This document shows positions 10,560 to 20,426 of a DNA stretch of 64,000 bases, in pieces. How positions within the stretch are numbered: the stretch's first letter is position 1; each line of letters starts with the position of its first letter. Position numbers and translations under genes: made by a program. The notes under the pieces are model-generated. The model searched no databases. It saw nothing but the letters and a program-made list of their open reading frames with translations, and had not been told where the DNA came from. Origin of the DNA: Nanobdellati archaeon (GTDB lineage: Archaea; EX4484-52; GLR71); NCBI GenBank assembly GCA_019429005.1, contig JAHYJR010000002.1:1-64000 (forward strand), read 5' to 3'.

Positions 10560-11345
10560 TTGATTGTTGATTTTATGATAAAATATAATGTTGAGAAATA
10601 TATAAATGAAATCAAGGAGACTAAGAAAGGTGTCTTTATGGGTGTTATAGACCCAGACCCAATGAAACAAACTCCTGAAAAATCTTTAGATTTAGCAAAA
10701 AAACTTTATGAAGGTGGAGCGGATCTTGTTCTTCTTGGTGGTTCAATTGGTGCACAAGGCGCCGCTCTTGATAAAACTGCAAAATTAATTAAAGAAAATA
10801 TAGATATTCCCGTACATCTTTTTCCAGGAAATACAGGTACTGTAACAAAATATGCAGATTCAATATATTTTATGAGTCTTTTAAATTCATCAAATCCTTA
10901 TTGGGTAATGGGAGCACCTCTTTTAGGAGCACCTGTTATAAAAAGATATGGTCTTGAACCAATACCTACAGCATATCTTGTCTTTGAGCCAGGTCAAACT
11001 GTGGGCTGGGTCGGAGAATCACGATTACTTCCAAGGACAAAACCAGATCTTGCTGTAGTTTATTCAATGGCTGCAGAATTTATGGGTATGCGTTTTGTTA
11101 TACTTGAATCAGGTTCAGGTGCACCCGAACCAGTTCCTTCTGAGATTGTTGCTGCTATTAAAAAATATACAGATTTAAATATAGTTGTTGCAGGTGGTGT
11201 AAAAACACCAAGGCAAGCATTTAAGCTTATCAAAAGCGGTGCGACCGGTATTCACATCGGAACAAAGATAGAAGATGCTAAAGATCCAGAAAAGAAAATC
11301 AAAGAATTTGAAGAAGCTATACATCAGAAAAAATCATATTGGTAA
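10560..11345 (+). CDS. Geranylgeranylglyceryl phosphate (GGGP) synthase, group II
   Basis: VIDPD, LGGS, FPG, SLLNS.NPYW, PGQTVGWVG, LESGSG, AGGV, IGT; likely ATG at 10575. Confidence 0.9.
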   Translation: MIVDFMIKYNVEKYINEIKETKKGVFMGVIDPDPMKQTPEKSLDLAKKLYEGGADLVLLGGSIGAQGAALDKTAKLIKENIDIPVHLFPGNTGTVTKYADSIYFMSLLNSSNPYWVMGAPLLGAPVIKRYGLEPIPTAYLVFEPGQTVGWVGESRLLPRTKPDLAVVYSMAAEFMGMRFVILESGSGAPEPVPSEIVAAIKKYTDLNIVVAGGVKTPRQAFKLIKSGATGIHIGTKIEDAKDPEKKIKEFEEAIHQKKSYW

Positions 11346-11407
11346 AATATTTTTAACCGTTACTATTTTTTAAATCAAGTGATTATATAGATTATATAAG
11401 TGGTTAT

Positions 11408-12370
11408 ATGAAAATATTTATTACAGGTGGCACTGGTTTTCTAGGTCGTCTTATAATTACTGAACTTCTCAAAAAAAATCATGAAATCACAACATTTACT
11501 ATGGATGTAAATGTAGATATGCCTAAAACCGTTAAGGTGATTAAAGGAGATATTCTTGACAAGACATCACTTCTAAAAGCAATGAAAGGTCACGATGCAG
11601 TATATCATCTTGCTGCAATACTTGATGAAAGTGTAGCTTATGATAAAATGCACAAAGTTAATGTTGATGGAACTCAAAATGTGCTTGAAGCTTGTAAGTT
11701 ATCAAATGTAAAAAAGTTTATTTTTGCAAGTTCTGTAGGTGTTATGGGTGATATAAGAGATTCTCCAGCTGATGAATCTTATCCATATAACCCCATAACA
11801 AATTATGAGAAAACAAAAGCTGATGCTGAAAAATTAGTCCTTAAATATTCTTTAAAGAATGATTTTCAAGTTACAATTTTAAGGCCTTCAATTGTTGTAG
11901 GACCTAATGATAACTGGCGTCAGATTATTAAGGCTGTCAAGAAAGGTTATCCATATTTAGGTTTAGGCAATAATCATTGGCATCTTGTCGATATCACAGA
12001 TACTGTATATGCATTTGTTCTAGCACTTAATGATAAGGGTAAAAATGAGGTTTATATAATAGCATCAGAAGATGCACCGACATATAAGGAGATTTATGAA
12101 ACGCTTTCTCGCATCCTCAATGTAGAACCTCCAAAATATTCAGTACCTGTTTTTGTAGCTAAAACAATTTTTTATATTTATGGGCGTATTTGTAAACTCC
12201 TTAGTAAAACACCATCTCTTACATATAGAGTCTCAAGTGTTGAACGTCTTGTGCGTGAAAGGTATTTTGATATTTCAAAAGCAAAAAAACAGCTTGGTTA
12301 TAAACCTAAATACGATACTGAAAAATCTTTGAAAAAACTTGTAGGTGAATTAGAGAAAATTAAGTCTTAA
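11408..12370 (+). CDS. NAD-dependent epimerase/dehydratase (extended SDR)
   Basis: TGGTGFLG, HLAA, YEKTK, LRPSIVVGP. Confidence 0.9.
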   Translation: MKIFITGGTGFLGRLIITELLKKNHEITTFTMDVNVDMPKTVKVIKGDILDKTSLLKAMKGHDAVYHLAAILDESVAYDKMHKVNVDGTQNVLEACKLSNVKKFIFASSVGVMGDIRDSPADESYPYNPITNYEKTKADAEKLVLKYSLKNDFQVTILRPSIVVGPNDNWRQIIKAVKKGYPYLGLGNNHWHLVDITDTVYAFVLALNDKGKNEVYIIASEDAPTYKEIYETLSRILNVEPPKYSVPVFVAKTIFYIYGRICKLLSKTPSLTYRVSSVERLVRERYFDISKAKKQLGYKPKYDTEKSLKKLVGELEKIKS

Positions 12371-12462
12371 TGTATTGTATCTATTTTGATGACAAAACCT
12401 TTTTGAAATAAACCTTTTGACAATAATTCATTTATCCAAATGCCTATTATATTTTATCAAAC

Positions 12463-12530
12463 GGTATTATTTTATCCAAAGGTATTATTTTATCCAAAGG
12501 TATTATTTTATCCAAAGGTATTATTTTATC
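12463..12530 (+). repeat. 18-bp tandem repeat (3 perfect copies plus a partial one)
   Basis: GGTATTATTTTATCCAAA at 12463, 12481, 12499, partial at 12517. Confidence 0.95.
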
Positions 12531-12571
12531 TCAAATCAATATTATTTATATCTTCGCTTACAAATAAGGTA

Positions 12572-13255
12572 ATGGTCTATATACCTTACGAGTTCTTAGG
12601 AAAAGTATTTTTCTTTTTAATTATGGGTGTTGGTTCATTTTTAATATTAGGAGTAACATTCACATTTTTGTTTGTATTGTATTTTTATAAGACCAAAAAG
12701 ATAATATTTCCTTCTTTTGTATCAATTGCACTTGATATTTTTTATGCACCTTCGAAATGGCTTTTTGAAATTTTGAAACTAGATTCATCTCTAATTGATA
12801 AGAGTTTTATTGAGGCTTCAAATATTGTGATGCTTGATAAGTTCAAAAGTGCAGGAGTGCCTAGGGCAATTTTTATTCCTCATTGTATGAGAAATACAGA
12901 TTGTAAAGCCTCATTTGTTTTAAAAGAAGGTTATATCTGTACTGCTTGTGGGAAATGTGATATTGCAAAACTTAAAAAAGCAGTTGAAATTAACCATTTC
13001 AAATTATATATAGTTCCAGGTGGTAGTATGGTCAAGGATATATTAACAAAAGCAAGACCTAAAGCCCTTATAGCAGTAGGTTGTAATGTTGAATTGATTT
13101 TAGGTCTTAGACTTGTTATGGGTAAAGTACCAACTCAAGTTGTGCCCCTCCTTAAAGCAGGTTGCTCTAACACAGCTGTAAATATAGATAAAGTTATTGA
13201 AAAAATAAATCTTTGTGGGATTAATTATAAACCCAAGAAAAAACAAATTAAATAA
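12572..13255 (+). CDS. DUF116 domain membrane protein
   Basis: FIPHCMR..DC, CTACGKCDI, VPGGS, AVGC..EL, GCSNT; ATG 12572 preferred. Confidence 0.85.
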   Translation: MVYIPYEFLGKVFFFLIMGVGSFLILGVTFTFLFVLYFYKTKKIIFPSFVSIALDIFYAPSKWLFEILKLDSSLIDKSFIEASNIVMLDKFKSAGVPRAIFIPHCMRNTDCKASFVLKEGYICTACGKCDIAKLKKAVEINHFKLYIVPGGSMVKDILTKARPKALIAVGCNVELILGLRLVMGKVPTQVVPLLKAGCSNTAVNIDKVIEKINLCGINYKPKKKQIK

Positions 13256-13293
13256 AAATAAATTAAATAAAAAATAATAAATTGTGTTTATCT

Positions 13294-14088
13294 TTAATTT
13301 TTAAGTAATCTAAATAAAATTCTAGATGCAATAGTTGAAGTTATGTGTTCTTCAAGAAGTGGATTCGCTTCAACTATATCTATTCCTACAACATTATACA
13401 ATTTAAGTTTATCAAGTATTTGAACTAATTTTTCAAATGTCCAACCTGATGGTTCAGGATCTGAGACACCTGGTGCAATTGAAGGGTCAAGAACATCCAT
13501 ATCAATACTTAAATAAATAGGTGCATCTTTATCAAGGTCTTCGATATCTGTAATTATTATGTTTTTTGCATTTTTAATCTCTTCATCAGAACCTGTTCTA
13601 ACACCAAGAACACAAGTTTTAACACCAAGTTCACAAATTCGTTTCATTACACTAGAATGAGATAATTTTTCACCTTGGTAATCATTTTTCATGTCATAAT
13701 GTGCATCAAGGCTTATAATTTGAAGATTTTCATATGTTTTTTTCAATGCTTTAACAGCTCCAAGTGTAATTGTGTGCTCACCACCTAAAGTAATTGGTAT
13801 GATATTTTCATTATAGATTAACATATCTTCGATTGTCTGTTCAAACCGCTCGATTGTTGCTTTTGCATTACCATGTACTACAATCAAGTTTCCTGAATCA
13901 TACACAATTTGATCGATTCCGTCTGCTTCAAGTGCAAGGAATTTAGATCGTATACTATTTGGTGCAAGTCTCTGACCTGGTATATTAGTCTCTGTAGAAT
14001 CGAAAGGCACGCCTATAACTGAGAATTTAGCTTTTTTAATATCTTGGAATTCAGACAAAAGATTAAGTCTCTCTGTATGTAGGAACAT
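13294..14088 (-). CDS. speB: Agmatinase (ureohydrolase)
   Basis: GVPFDST, GGEHTIT, DAHYD, SIDMDVLDP, D.VE.NP. Confidence 0.9.
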   Translation of the reverse strand: MFLHTERLNLLSEFQDIKKAKFSVIGVPFDSTETNIPGQRLAPNSIRSKFLALEADGIDQIVYDSGNLIVVHGNAKATIERFEQTIEDMLIYNENIIPITLGGEHTITLGAVKALKKTYENLQIISLDAHYDMKNDYQGEKLSHSSVMKRICELGVKTCVLGVRTGSDEEIKNAKNIIITDIEDLDKDAPIYLSIDMDVLDPSIAPGVSDPEPSGWTFEKLVQILDKLKLYNVVGIDIVEANPLLEEHITSTIASRILFRLLKN

Positions 14089-14142
14089 ATTAATAATTCT
14101 TTGTTTAACTTTAAATTATTAGGATTTTTTTCAAAAAAAAGG

Positions 14143-14727
14143 GTGTATATTATAAAAGATGATTTTTCTTTAAAAGATGAATTGATACGTAAATCAGTCC
14201 ATATAATGTTATCTCTTGTCATTGTTTTTTATTATATTTATGGAAAGGGTGCTGTTTTAGGATTGCTTTTTGTTGCACTCACAGTATCACTTTCAATTGA
14301 ATATTTGCGGATAAAGAAAGGTTTTTATCTGACAAATACATTTCGCGATAGTGAAAAGAATAAGCTGGCCGCACATATATATAGTATAATTGGAACAATT
14401 ATTGCAATTTATCTTTATAGCATGCCTATTGCCTCTGCCGCGATATTAATGGCTGCGTTTGGTGATGCTTCTGCTGCAATAGTTGGGAAAGCTTATGGAA
14501 AAAATCTGATGCCAAAAACAAAATCAAAAACGTTTGAAGGTGTTATCACTGAATTTGTTGTTAATTTATTTATAGGTATTATAATTGTACAGAATATATA
14601 TATTGCATTAATTATGTCTTTTACTGCAACATTTGTTGAGACTTATCTTACAGGTATAAATGATAATGTATCAATACCTGTTATATCTGGATTGTTTGGA
14701 GAAATCGCAATTAATGCTATTGTTTGA
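14143..14727 (+). CDS. Polyprenol/dolichol/phytol kinase family (CTP-dependent) membrane protein
   Basis: ELIRKSVH, FGDASAAIVGK.YG, KTFEG, INDNVSIP; start uncertain. Confidence 0.85.
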   Translation: MYIIKDDFSLKDELIRKSVHIMLSLVIVFYYIYGKGAVLGLLFVALTVSLSIEYLRIKKGFYLTNTFRDSEKNKLAAHIYSIIGTIIAIYLYSMPIASAAILMAAFGDASAAIVGKAYGKNLMPKTKSKTFEGVITEFVVNLFIGIIIVQNIYIALIMSFTATFVETYLTGINDNVSIPVISGLFGEIAINAIV

Positions 14728-15088
14728 GTTAAAAGGTTTAATTAGTCGTATAAACTATATATAATATTTAAATAGTATTGTTTAAAAGTATAATAATGAA
14801 AACAAAACGTGCAATAAAAGAAATAAAAATTCTCGGTATTGTAATAACCTTTGTAGGATTTATTTAAATTTCCATAAGTGAAATTTCTGTATTATTATCA
14901 TCTGATATATTAATTTAATTGGATTATTTCTTTTAATATATGGTTTTATGCATGTATTTAAATTAGAACGATTTTCTTAAGAACTATTGCATTTTACTGA
15001 ATTAGAAACATTTAAAATTTAGATTTTATAAAAAATCAATTAAAATAAAATTATTTAAGAAAAAGATAAAGGATATTTAATATCCTAT

Positions 15089-15481
15089 TTATTCATTATC
15101 GCCTTTGAATACTTTTTCATCGCCAACAATCCAGTAACTTGATTCACCACCTTCGATTATTGAACCTTTAAGATCAGCATCAATTATTATATCAAATGTT
15201 TCAAATGACTCAAGATCCATAACATTTGCACTTTCACCTTGTATATGAAGGATTTGACATTTTCTTTTAGCAATCATAGGTGATATAACATTATGACCTG
15301 CGGGTTTCATTATGATTCTTCTTTTGCCATCAAGAACACCAGCACAATCAATTCTACATTTTGCTTCACCATGTTTACCGGGTTTTGATTTTATGTTTTC
15401 TGTAGCTCTGCAGACTATACCATCAACAAGTATATATGTACCTTTTTTTACATTTCTTGCTTCAATAAGTTTTGTATCCAT
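15089..15481 (-). CDS. eif5a: Translation factor aIF5A
   Basis: SKPGKHGEAK hypusine loop, VMDLESFETF. Confidence 0.95.
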   Translation of the reverse strand: MDTKLIEARNVKKGTYILVDGIVCRATENIKSKPGKHGEAKCRIDCAGVLDGKRRIIMKPAGHNVISPMIAKRKCQILHIQGESANVMDLESFETFDIIIDADLKGSIIEGGESSYWIVGDEKVFKGDNE

Positions 15482-15538
15482 AAATAATCACTTTGAAAAT
15501 AGAATTATATTAATTATTTAAGCGGAAGGCTTATATAT

Positions 15539-16924
15539 TTAATTGTGTTTTTCTGTTTTAGGTTTCTTTTTAGCCTTATTCACTTCAGTAATATTTTTTT
15601 CTTTTTTAATAGCATATTGTGCAGGATTTCTGATACGTCTACAGAATCCATCAGGTTCACAGACTGTCATATCCTTATAATAACCATTATTTTCACAATT
15701 TGGAGGAAGAATTATTTTTTCGCGACTTATTGCATAATTAAGCTGTGTAGAAATATAGACATTAGGTAATGCATCTGGATTAAGTTTGTTCCATTTAGCA
15801 AGTTCATATTTTATTGCTTCAAACCCCCAACCACAGCTTCTCATAAAATTAATCAATATAAATACAGATCGTTTCCGACCATCATGAATACCATTAAGTA
15901 TACTTGTTATACAAGGTGGAAAATATTCTTTACTTATTGCTTCAGTTGGATTTTCAAAGATTGTTTTTTTCATACCTGCTTCTTCTTTATCTTTTTTTTC
16001 TTCAATTTGTGAAGACCATTCATTGACAACAGTCACAAGAAGATTCATCTCACCTTCATCGCCTTTATCAAGAAATCCTTTGTCTCCTTTAATTTTAGAC
16101 ATTCTTGCATCATTCATTTTAAAATCCTGTATCTGCGCTTGAGATATAGGTTTACTCGCAAGCCAGGTCTTTTCATTCAAGCTGTAAGGCATCCTGAATA
16201 GATGTCTTGAACCCCAGTTCTGTTCGACATCAACAACTTGGAATGGGTTATAAACCAGGCCACTTTCTTCAGATTTTTCACGTTCCGTTTTCTCTTCGTT
16301 ATCAGTTTCACGTTTTTGTTCAAATCTTTTATCTAGTTTCAAAAATTCTTTAGTAAGTCGATTCTTTGTAAATTCTCTTAAATATGACGCAATCTTTCTT
16401 GGTAAATCAGGATATAGTTTTCGTGTAGGTACCATATCAACACTATCTGGAAGCATTCTGTATGTCATACCAAGGTGGAAACCACGGCTTCCACTGAATT
16501 TTATTGAGATATTATTGACATCAAAATCATTTTTAAGTGCATCAACAAGGATTATAGCTGTTTTTTTTGCATATTCCATACCATATTTAGAATCCATATC
16601 AAGTATAAAATCCCAACCAATTCTAAGTTTATCCATATCGGATGGTTTCATTGAATTTGAAAGACTAAGCGGATTTTTCCAGAGTTCTACAGATGAATGA
16701 AAACTTGTTGCGCCGTTTTTAGCAAAATAACTTATATCTCCAGGAAATTGTATTATATTAGGTCTTTTTCCGTGATATGTAGCATTAAAAATAGGTGATA
16801 TTTCTCTGTGTTCTGATACTGCAAAAAGACTATTTGTTATATCCTCACGCATATAGTATTCTTTTGCATCCTCAATTCTTTGACTAAGTGTTTTCTCTGT
16901 TTCTTGACTTTTTTTAAGTCTCAT
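15539..16924 (-). CDS. Fused PriS-PriL DNA primase (DPANN type)
   Basis: PriS motifs WDFILDMD, KFSGSRGFH, RHLFRMPYSLNEKT followed by PriL Fe-S domain FPPCI...PPNC...C.PDGFC. Confidence 0.9.
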   Translation of the reverse strand: MRLKKSQETEKTLSQRIEDAKEYYMREDITNSLFAVSEHREISPIFNATYHGKRPNIIQFPGDISYFAKNGATSFHSSVELWKNPLSLSNSMKPSDMDKLRIGWDFILDMDSKYGMEYAKKTAIILVDALKNDFDVNNISIKFSGSRGFHLGMTYRMLPDSVDMVPTRKLYPDLPRKIASYLREFTKNRLTKEFLKLDKRFEQKRETDNEEKTEREKSEESGLVYNPFQVVDVEQNWGSRHLFRMPYSLNEKTWLASKPISQAQIQDFKMNDARMSKIKGDKGFLDKGDEGEMNLLVTVVNEWSSQIEEKKDKEEAGMKKTIFENPTEAISKEYFPPCITSILNGIHDGRKRSVFILINFMRSCGWGFEAIKYELAKWNKLNPDALPNVYISTQLNYAISREKIILPPNCENNGYYKDMTVCEPDGFCRRIRNPAQYAIKKEKNITEVNKAKKKPKTEKHN

Positions 16925-17010
16925 AAATCTAATTGTGAGATTATTTTTATTAACTTTGATACATAATAATATTTAATATATACTAGATTGTTAATTTTAA
17001 CGATTAATTA

Positions 17011-19002
17011 TTGTGTGGTACTATGAAAAAGATTATTTTAGACATTAATGTAAGTAAAAGTATGTCATCTGTAACTGAAGAAGATAAAGAGAATATTATA
17101 GGTGTCATTGATTATGGTATTAATCAACATAATCGTAATTTAACTTATACTGTAGATGCATTTGATAGCAAGAACACTTTTATTTTTGGTATAGGACCTC
17201 TTGCAGGAAGCATAATACCAGGGACTGCAAGATTAGTCTTTATCGCAAAATCACCTTTAACAGAAACATTATTTTTAAGCACAATTGGTGGTGCAGGATT
17301 ACCACTTTATCATACAGGTATTGATTTTGTAAAAATTGAAGGAAAATCCAAAGAACCAAAAATACTTGTAATAAGAAATATGGGTTTGGGTATTGAAGTA
17401 AATTTTGAATCAATTGAATCTGATACTTTAATGGATTTGTATAAGAAAAACAACAATGGGGGTATATACAATCTTCAGAATTATGTGATGGCTACCTATA
17501 AAGACCGATTTAAGACAGATACAGGTTATACTGATTTTAGGATACTTGCTGTCGGACCTTCAGCACTCACTACAAATATGGGTGCAATCTGTTCAACCGT
17601 TGTAAAAAATGGTGAATTTGTAGAAGGTGTAGATGGTTGGGCTGGACGAGGTGGTTTTGGTTCTCTTTTAGCACAAGGACATAACATTGTTGCAGTAATT
17701 TATGGTGGCGTCTCAGATTCAAAAGTATTTCCAAAAGTAGATTTAAAAAATAGAAAAGCTGTTGATTTGCTTTTTGAGAAAGAATTTTCAAAAAGTATGG
17801 CATTGATGGCAACAGAAGTGACAGAAAAATACCGTTTTGTAAAGAAAGATAACACAGGTGGAACTTTCGGAGTTAATATGTCTAGTCTTGATACTTGGTT
17901 ACCTATGTTTAATTGGTCTTCAGTCTATATGGATCGAAAAAAAAGACAGTATATGTATGACACATTTGTAAAAGATAATTATTTAGCACAATTCAATGAT
18001 GAGATTATAAAGACACGTTCATGGAAAACGTGTGGTGAGCCATGTCCTGCACTTTGTAAAAAAGTGTATAAGGATAAGAAAAAAGATTATGAAGCATATG
18101 AGGCCTTCGGACCAAATTGCGGTATTTTTGATCAAAGACATGCTGAAATGATTGGAGGCACAATCGAAAGTATGGGTTTTGATGCAATCGGTTTTGGTAA
18201 TATCGCATCATTTGTTCTTGAATGTATGGATAAGGGTCTTTTGAACAAAAATGATATCTTAGTTGATGTTAAGGCTAATTTCAATCCTGACACATTCACA
18301 CTTGATGACTCAAAAAATCATGCGATTATAGGGTCAAAACTTGCAATCGATATTGCATATCAAAATACAGATTTTTCAAAAGTGTTCAATAAGGGTATAA
18401 GAAAAGCAGTCTTATCACTTTCAGATAAGTTTAAAGATCGTCAAAAAGATAATCTTAAATTTAATGATTTAGCGAATTATATACCATTCGGTGACGTTGG
18501 TTATATCGCACCTGTACAATATTGGGTACCTGGATTCTATATACCGCTTCCAATACAAGGTAAATTCTTCACATATTATGGTATGGATTTCCATTCACCA
18601 GAAGAACTTGGTAAAATCGCTGCAGATAGATCTATAAAAGAGCTTTACTCAGAAAATACAGGTGTATGCAGATTCCATCGTGGTTGGTCTGAAAAGATGA
18701 CTGAAATCCTCATAAATAAGACATATGGTTTGAATATTAATTATTATACTCATTGCCAAGGACTTCTTCAAGGTATGCTTGATTATGATAAAAAAGCAGG
18801 TGTTATACCACGATTTTGGGAGACTGGGAGAGTCAAAGATATAATAATGCAGTATATTATTGAAGTAATATCTATATTTGGTAAGGATAAAAAATCAGGA
18901 TATTGGCTTGAAGAATTTAAGAAAGATAAGGAAAAAGCGTCAAGAGAATATTGGCTTAAGCTTGTTGAAGGTGTAAACACACTTCTTGATTGGAAAAAGT
19001 GA
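17011..19002 (+). CDS. gor: Glyceraldehyde-3-phosphate:ferredoxin oxidoreductase (AOR family)
   Basis: WAGRGGFGS, TGGTFG, CGEPCPALCKK, KKDYEAY..FGP, CRFHRGW. Confidence 0.8.
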   Translation: MCGTMKKIILDINVSKSMSSVTEEDKENIIGVIDYGINQHNRNLTYTVDAFDSKNTFIFGIGPLAGSIIPGTARLVFIAKSPLTETLFLSTIGGAGLPLYHTGIDFVKIEGKSKEPKILVIRNMGLGIEVNFESIESDTLMDLYKKNNNGGIYNLQNYVMATYKDRFKTDTGYTDFRILAVGPSALTTNMGAICSTVVKNGEFVEGVDGWAGRGGFGSLLAQGHNIVAVIYGGVSDSKVFPKVDLKNRKAVDLLFEKEFSKSMALMATEVTEKYRFVKKDNTGGTFGVNMSSLDTWLPMFNWSSVYMDRKKRQYMYDTFVKDNYLAQFNDEIIKTRSWKTCGEPCPALCKKVYKDKKKDYEAYEAFGPNCGIFDQRHAEMIGGTIESMGFDAIGFGNIASFVLECMDKGLLNKNDILVDVKANFNPDTFTLDDSKNHAIIGSKLAIDIAYQNTDFSKVFNKGIRKAVLSLSDKFKDRQKDNLKFNDLANYIPFGDVGYIAPVQYWVPGFYIPLPIQGKFFTYYGMDFHSPEELGKIAADRSIKELYSENTGVCRFHRGWSEKMTEILINKTYGLNINYYTHCQGLLQGMLDYDKKAGVIPRFWETGRVKDIIMQYIIEVISIFGKDKKSGYWLEEFKKDKEKASREYWLKLVEGVNTLLDWKK

Positions 19003-19007
19003 ATTAG

Positions 19008-19748
19008 TTAAGCTAAACTTTTCTTTATAATAAAAGAACCTAATGCAAAAACCATAATAATATATACAATACCTGATTTTACAGGTATTCTTTTCTTTTC
19101 CCAGTTTAGGAAAAAGTAATTTTCATCAGTTATTTTTGCAATATTGTCTTTATAGATACAGTTATTACATTGAACATTATATAGTTCATATCCAAATGTA
19201 ATATTTCCAAAATTGAGATTTTGATACTTTAAGTAATCATAATTTTCTGTTTTGAATTCCATGTTGATTGGTGTATTATAATTATACTGAAGACCCCATA
19301 ATCCAATATTCCACATATTAGGAACTAAAAGTGTAGTATATAATATATAGATAGTTTCATTAGTAAACGGCAACATATCAAATTTAATAGTGTATCTTGA
19401 ATTCCCATACAAGTCAGATTTGGTTATGATATCTATTTTATTTCCAGCTAAGTAAGCTTCAATAAAGTCTGGCTTAACCTGAAAATTGATATTTACTTTG
19501 CTTTCAATTGTGTAATTATTATTATTTTTAACAATAATGTTGTATTTTGAAATTTCACTATTGTCTTCATCAATAAGCACTTCGAATGTTGTGATTGTTT
19601 TAATATTTGTATTAGATCCATCATATCCACTTGATATACTCAAATCAAGTTCTTCAACAGGAACAGGTGCACCATATACTTGTGCTGATAATGTAGAGAT
19701 TAATAATAAAACCATCATCATTATTATAGAGATATATTGACTTTTCAT
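19008..19748 (-). CDS. Secreted/membrane-anchored hypothetical protein
   Basis: Signal peptide-like N-terminus, C-terminal TM; overlaps upstream stop codon. Confidence 0.7.
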   Translation of the reverse strand: MKSQYISIIMMMVLLLISTLSAQVYGAPVPVEELDLSISSGYDGSNTNIKTITTFEVLIDEDNSEISKYNIIVKNNNNYTIESKVNINFQVKPDFIEAYLAGNKIDIITKSDLYGNSRYTIKFDMLPFTNETIYILYTTLLVPNMWNIGLWGLQYNYNTPINMEFKTENYDYLKYQNLNFGNITFGYELYNVQCNNCIYKDNIAKITDENYFFLNWEKKRIPVKSGIVYIIMVFALGSFIIKKSLA

Positions 19749-20386
19749 TACATCACCAGTAGCACATATTGCAGTATTATATTTATTATGACAAGTATCA
19801 TAAGAAGTATCAATTTATCGTATAGTGTTTTATTGACTTCGATTTTTTTATCTTTGATAAATTTAAGTATCATAAAACCAATTTCAAGACCTATTGATGC
19901 CGCAAGTGTTATTGCTGCAGTATATAAGATAAAAAGTAATATTGTTTTTATCGCAATAAATGTGCTTGCGAATTCAAGCACTTCCGGTATTGATGCACCT
20001 GCACTCATACCGACAAGGAATGTAAATATCGCAGTGGGTATTGCAATAAGCACACCCATTGAAGATACAAGTACTGCTGACACTATATTATTCCGTATTA
20101 CATACAAGAAATCTATAGGTGAATTAGGGATAATCTCACGATTCATATCTGAAAATTCACCTCCACCAACATTTTGTGAATAATAAGGATATGTTTCTTG
20201 ATGTATTGGGTATATGACACCTATTGAACCAAATATAGGGCTTTTTGTAAAATCCAGAAACCGCATAGTATAGCCTAGAAAAAATGATAATAATAATATC
20301 ATGAGTGCAATTTTCACAAATTTATCTTGACTTATAGCTTTAAAATCGATTAATTTGCGTTTTTTAGACTCTTTCTTTTGAGGCAT
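19748..20386 (-). CDS. SpoIIM (stage II sporulation protein M)-like membrane protein
   Basis: Multi-TM, IRNN motif, LAASIG.EIG. Confidence 0.6.
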   Translation of the reverse strand: MPQKKESKKRKLIDFKAISQDKFVKIALMILLLSFFLGYTMRFLDFTKSPIFGSIGVIYPIHQETYPYYSQNVGGGEFSDMNREIIPNSPIDFLYVIRNNIVSAVLVSSMGVLIAIPTAIFTFLVGMSAGASIPEVLEFASTFIAIKTILLFILYTAAITLAASIGLEIGFMILKFIKDKKIEVNKTLYDKLILLMILVIINIILQYVLLVM

Positions 20387-20426
20387 ATTAGTAATTTATC
20401 TATGTTTGTATAAATAGATTTGGTAT

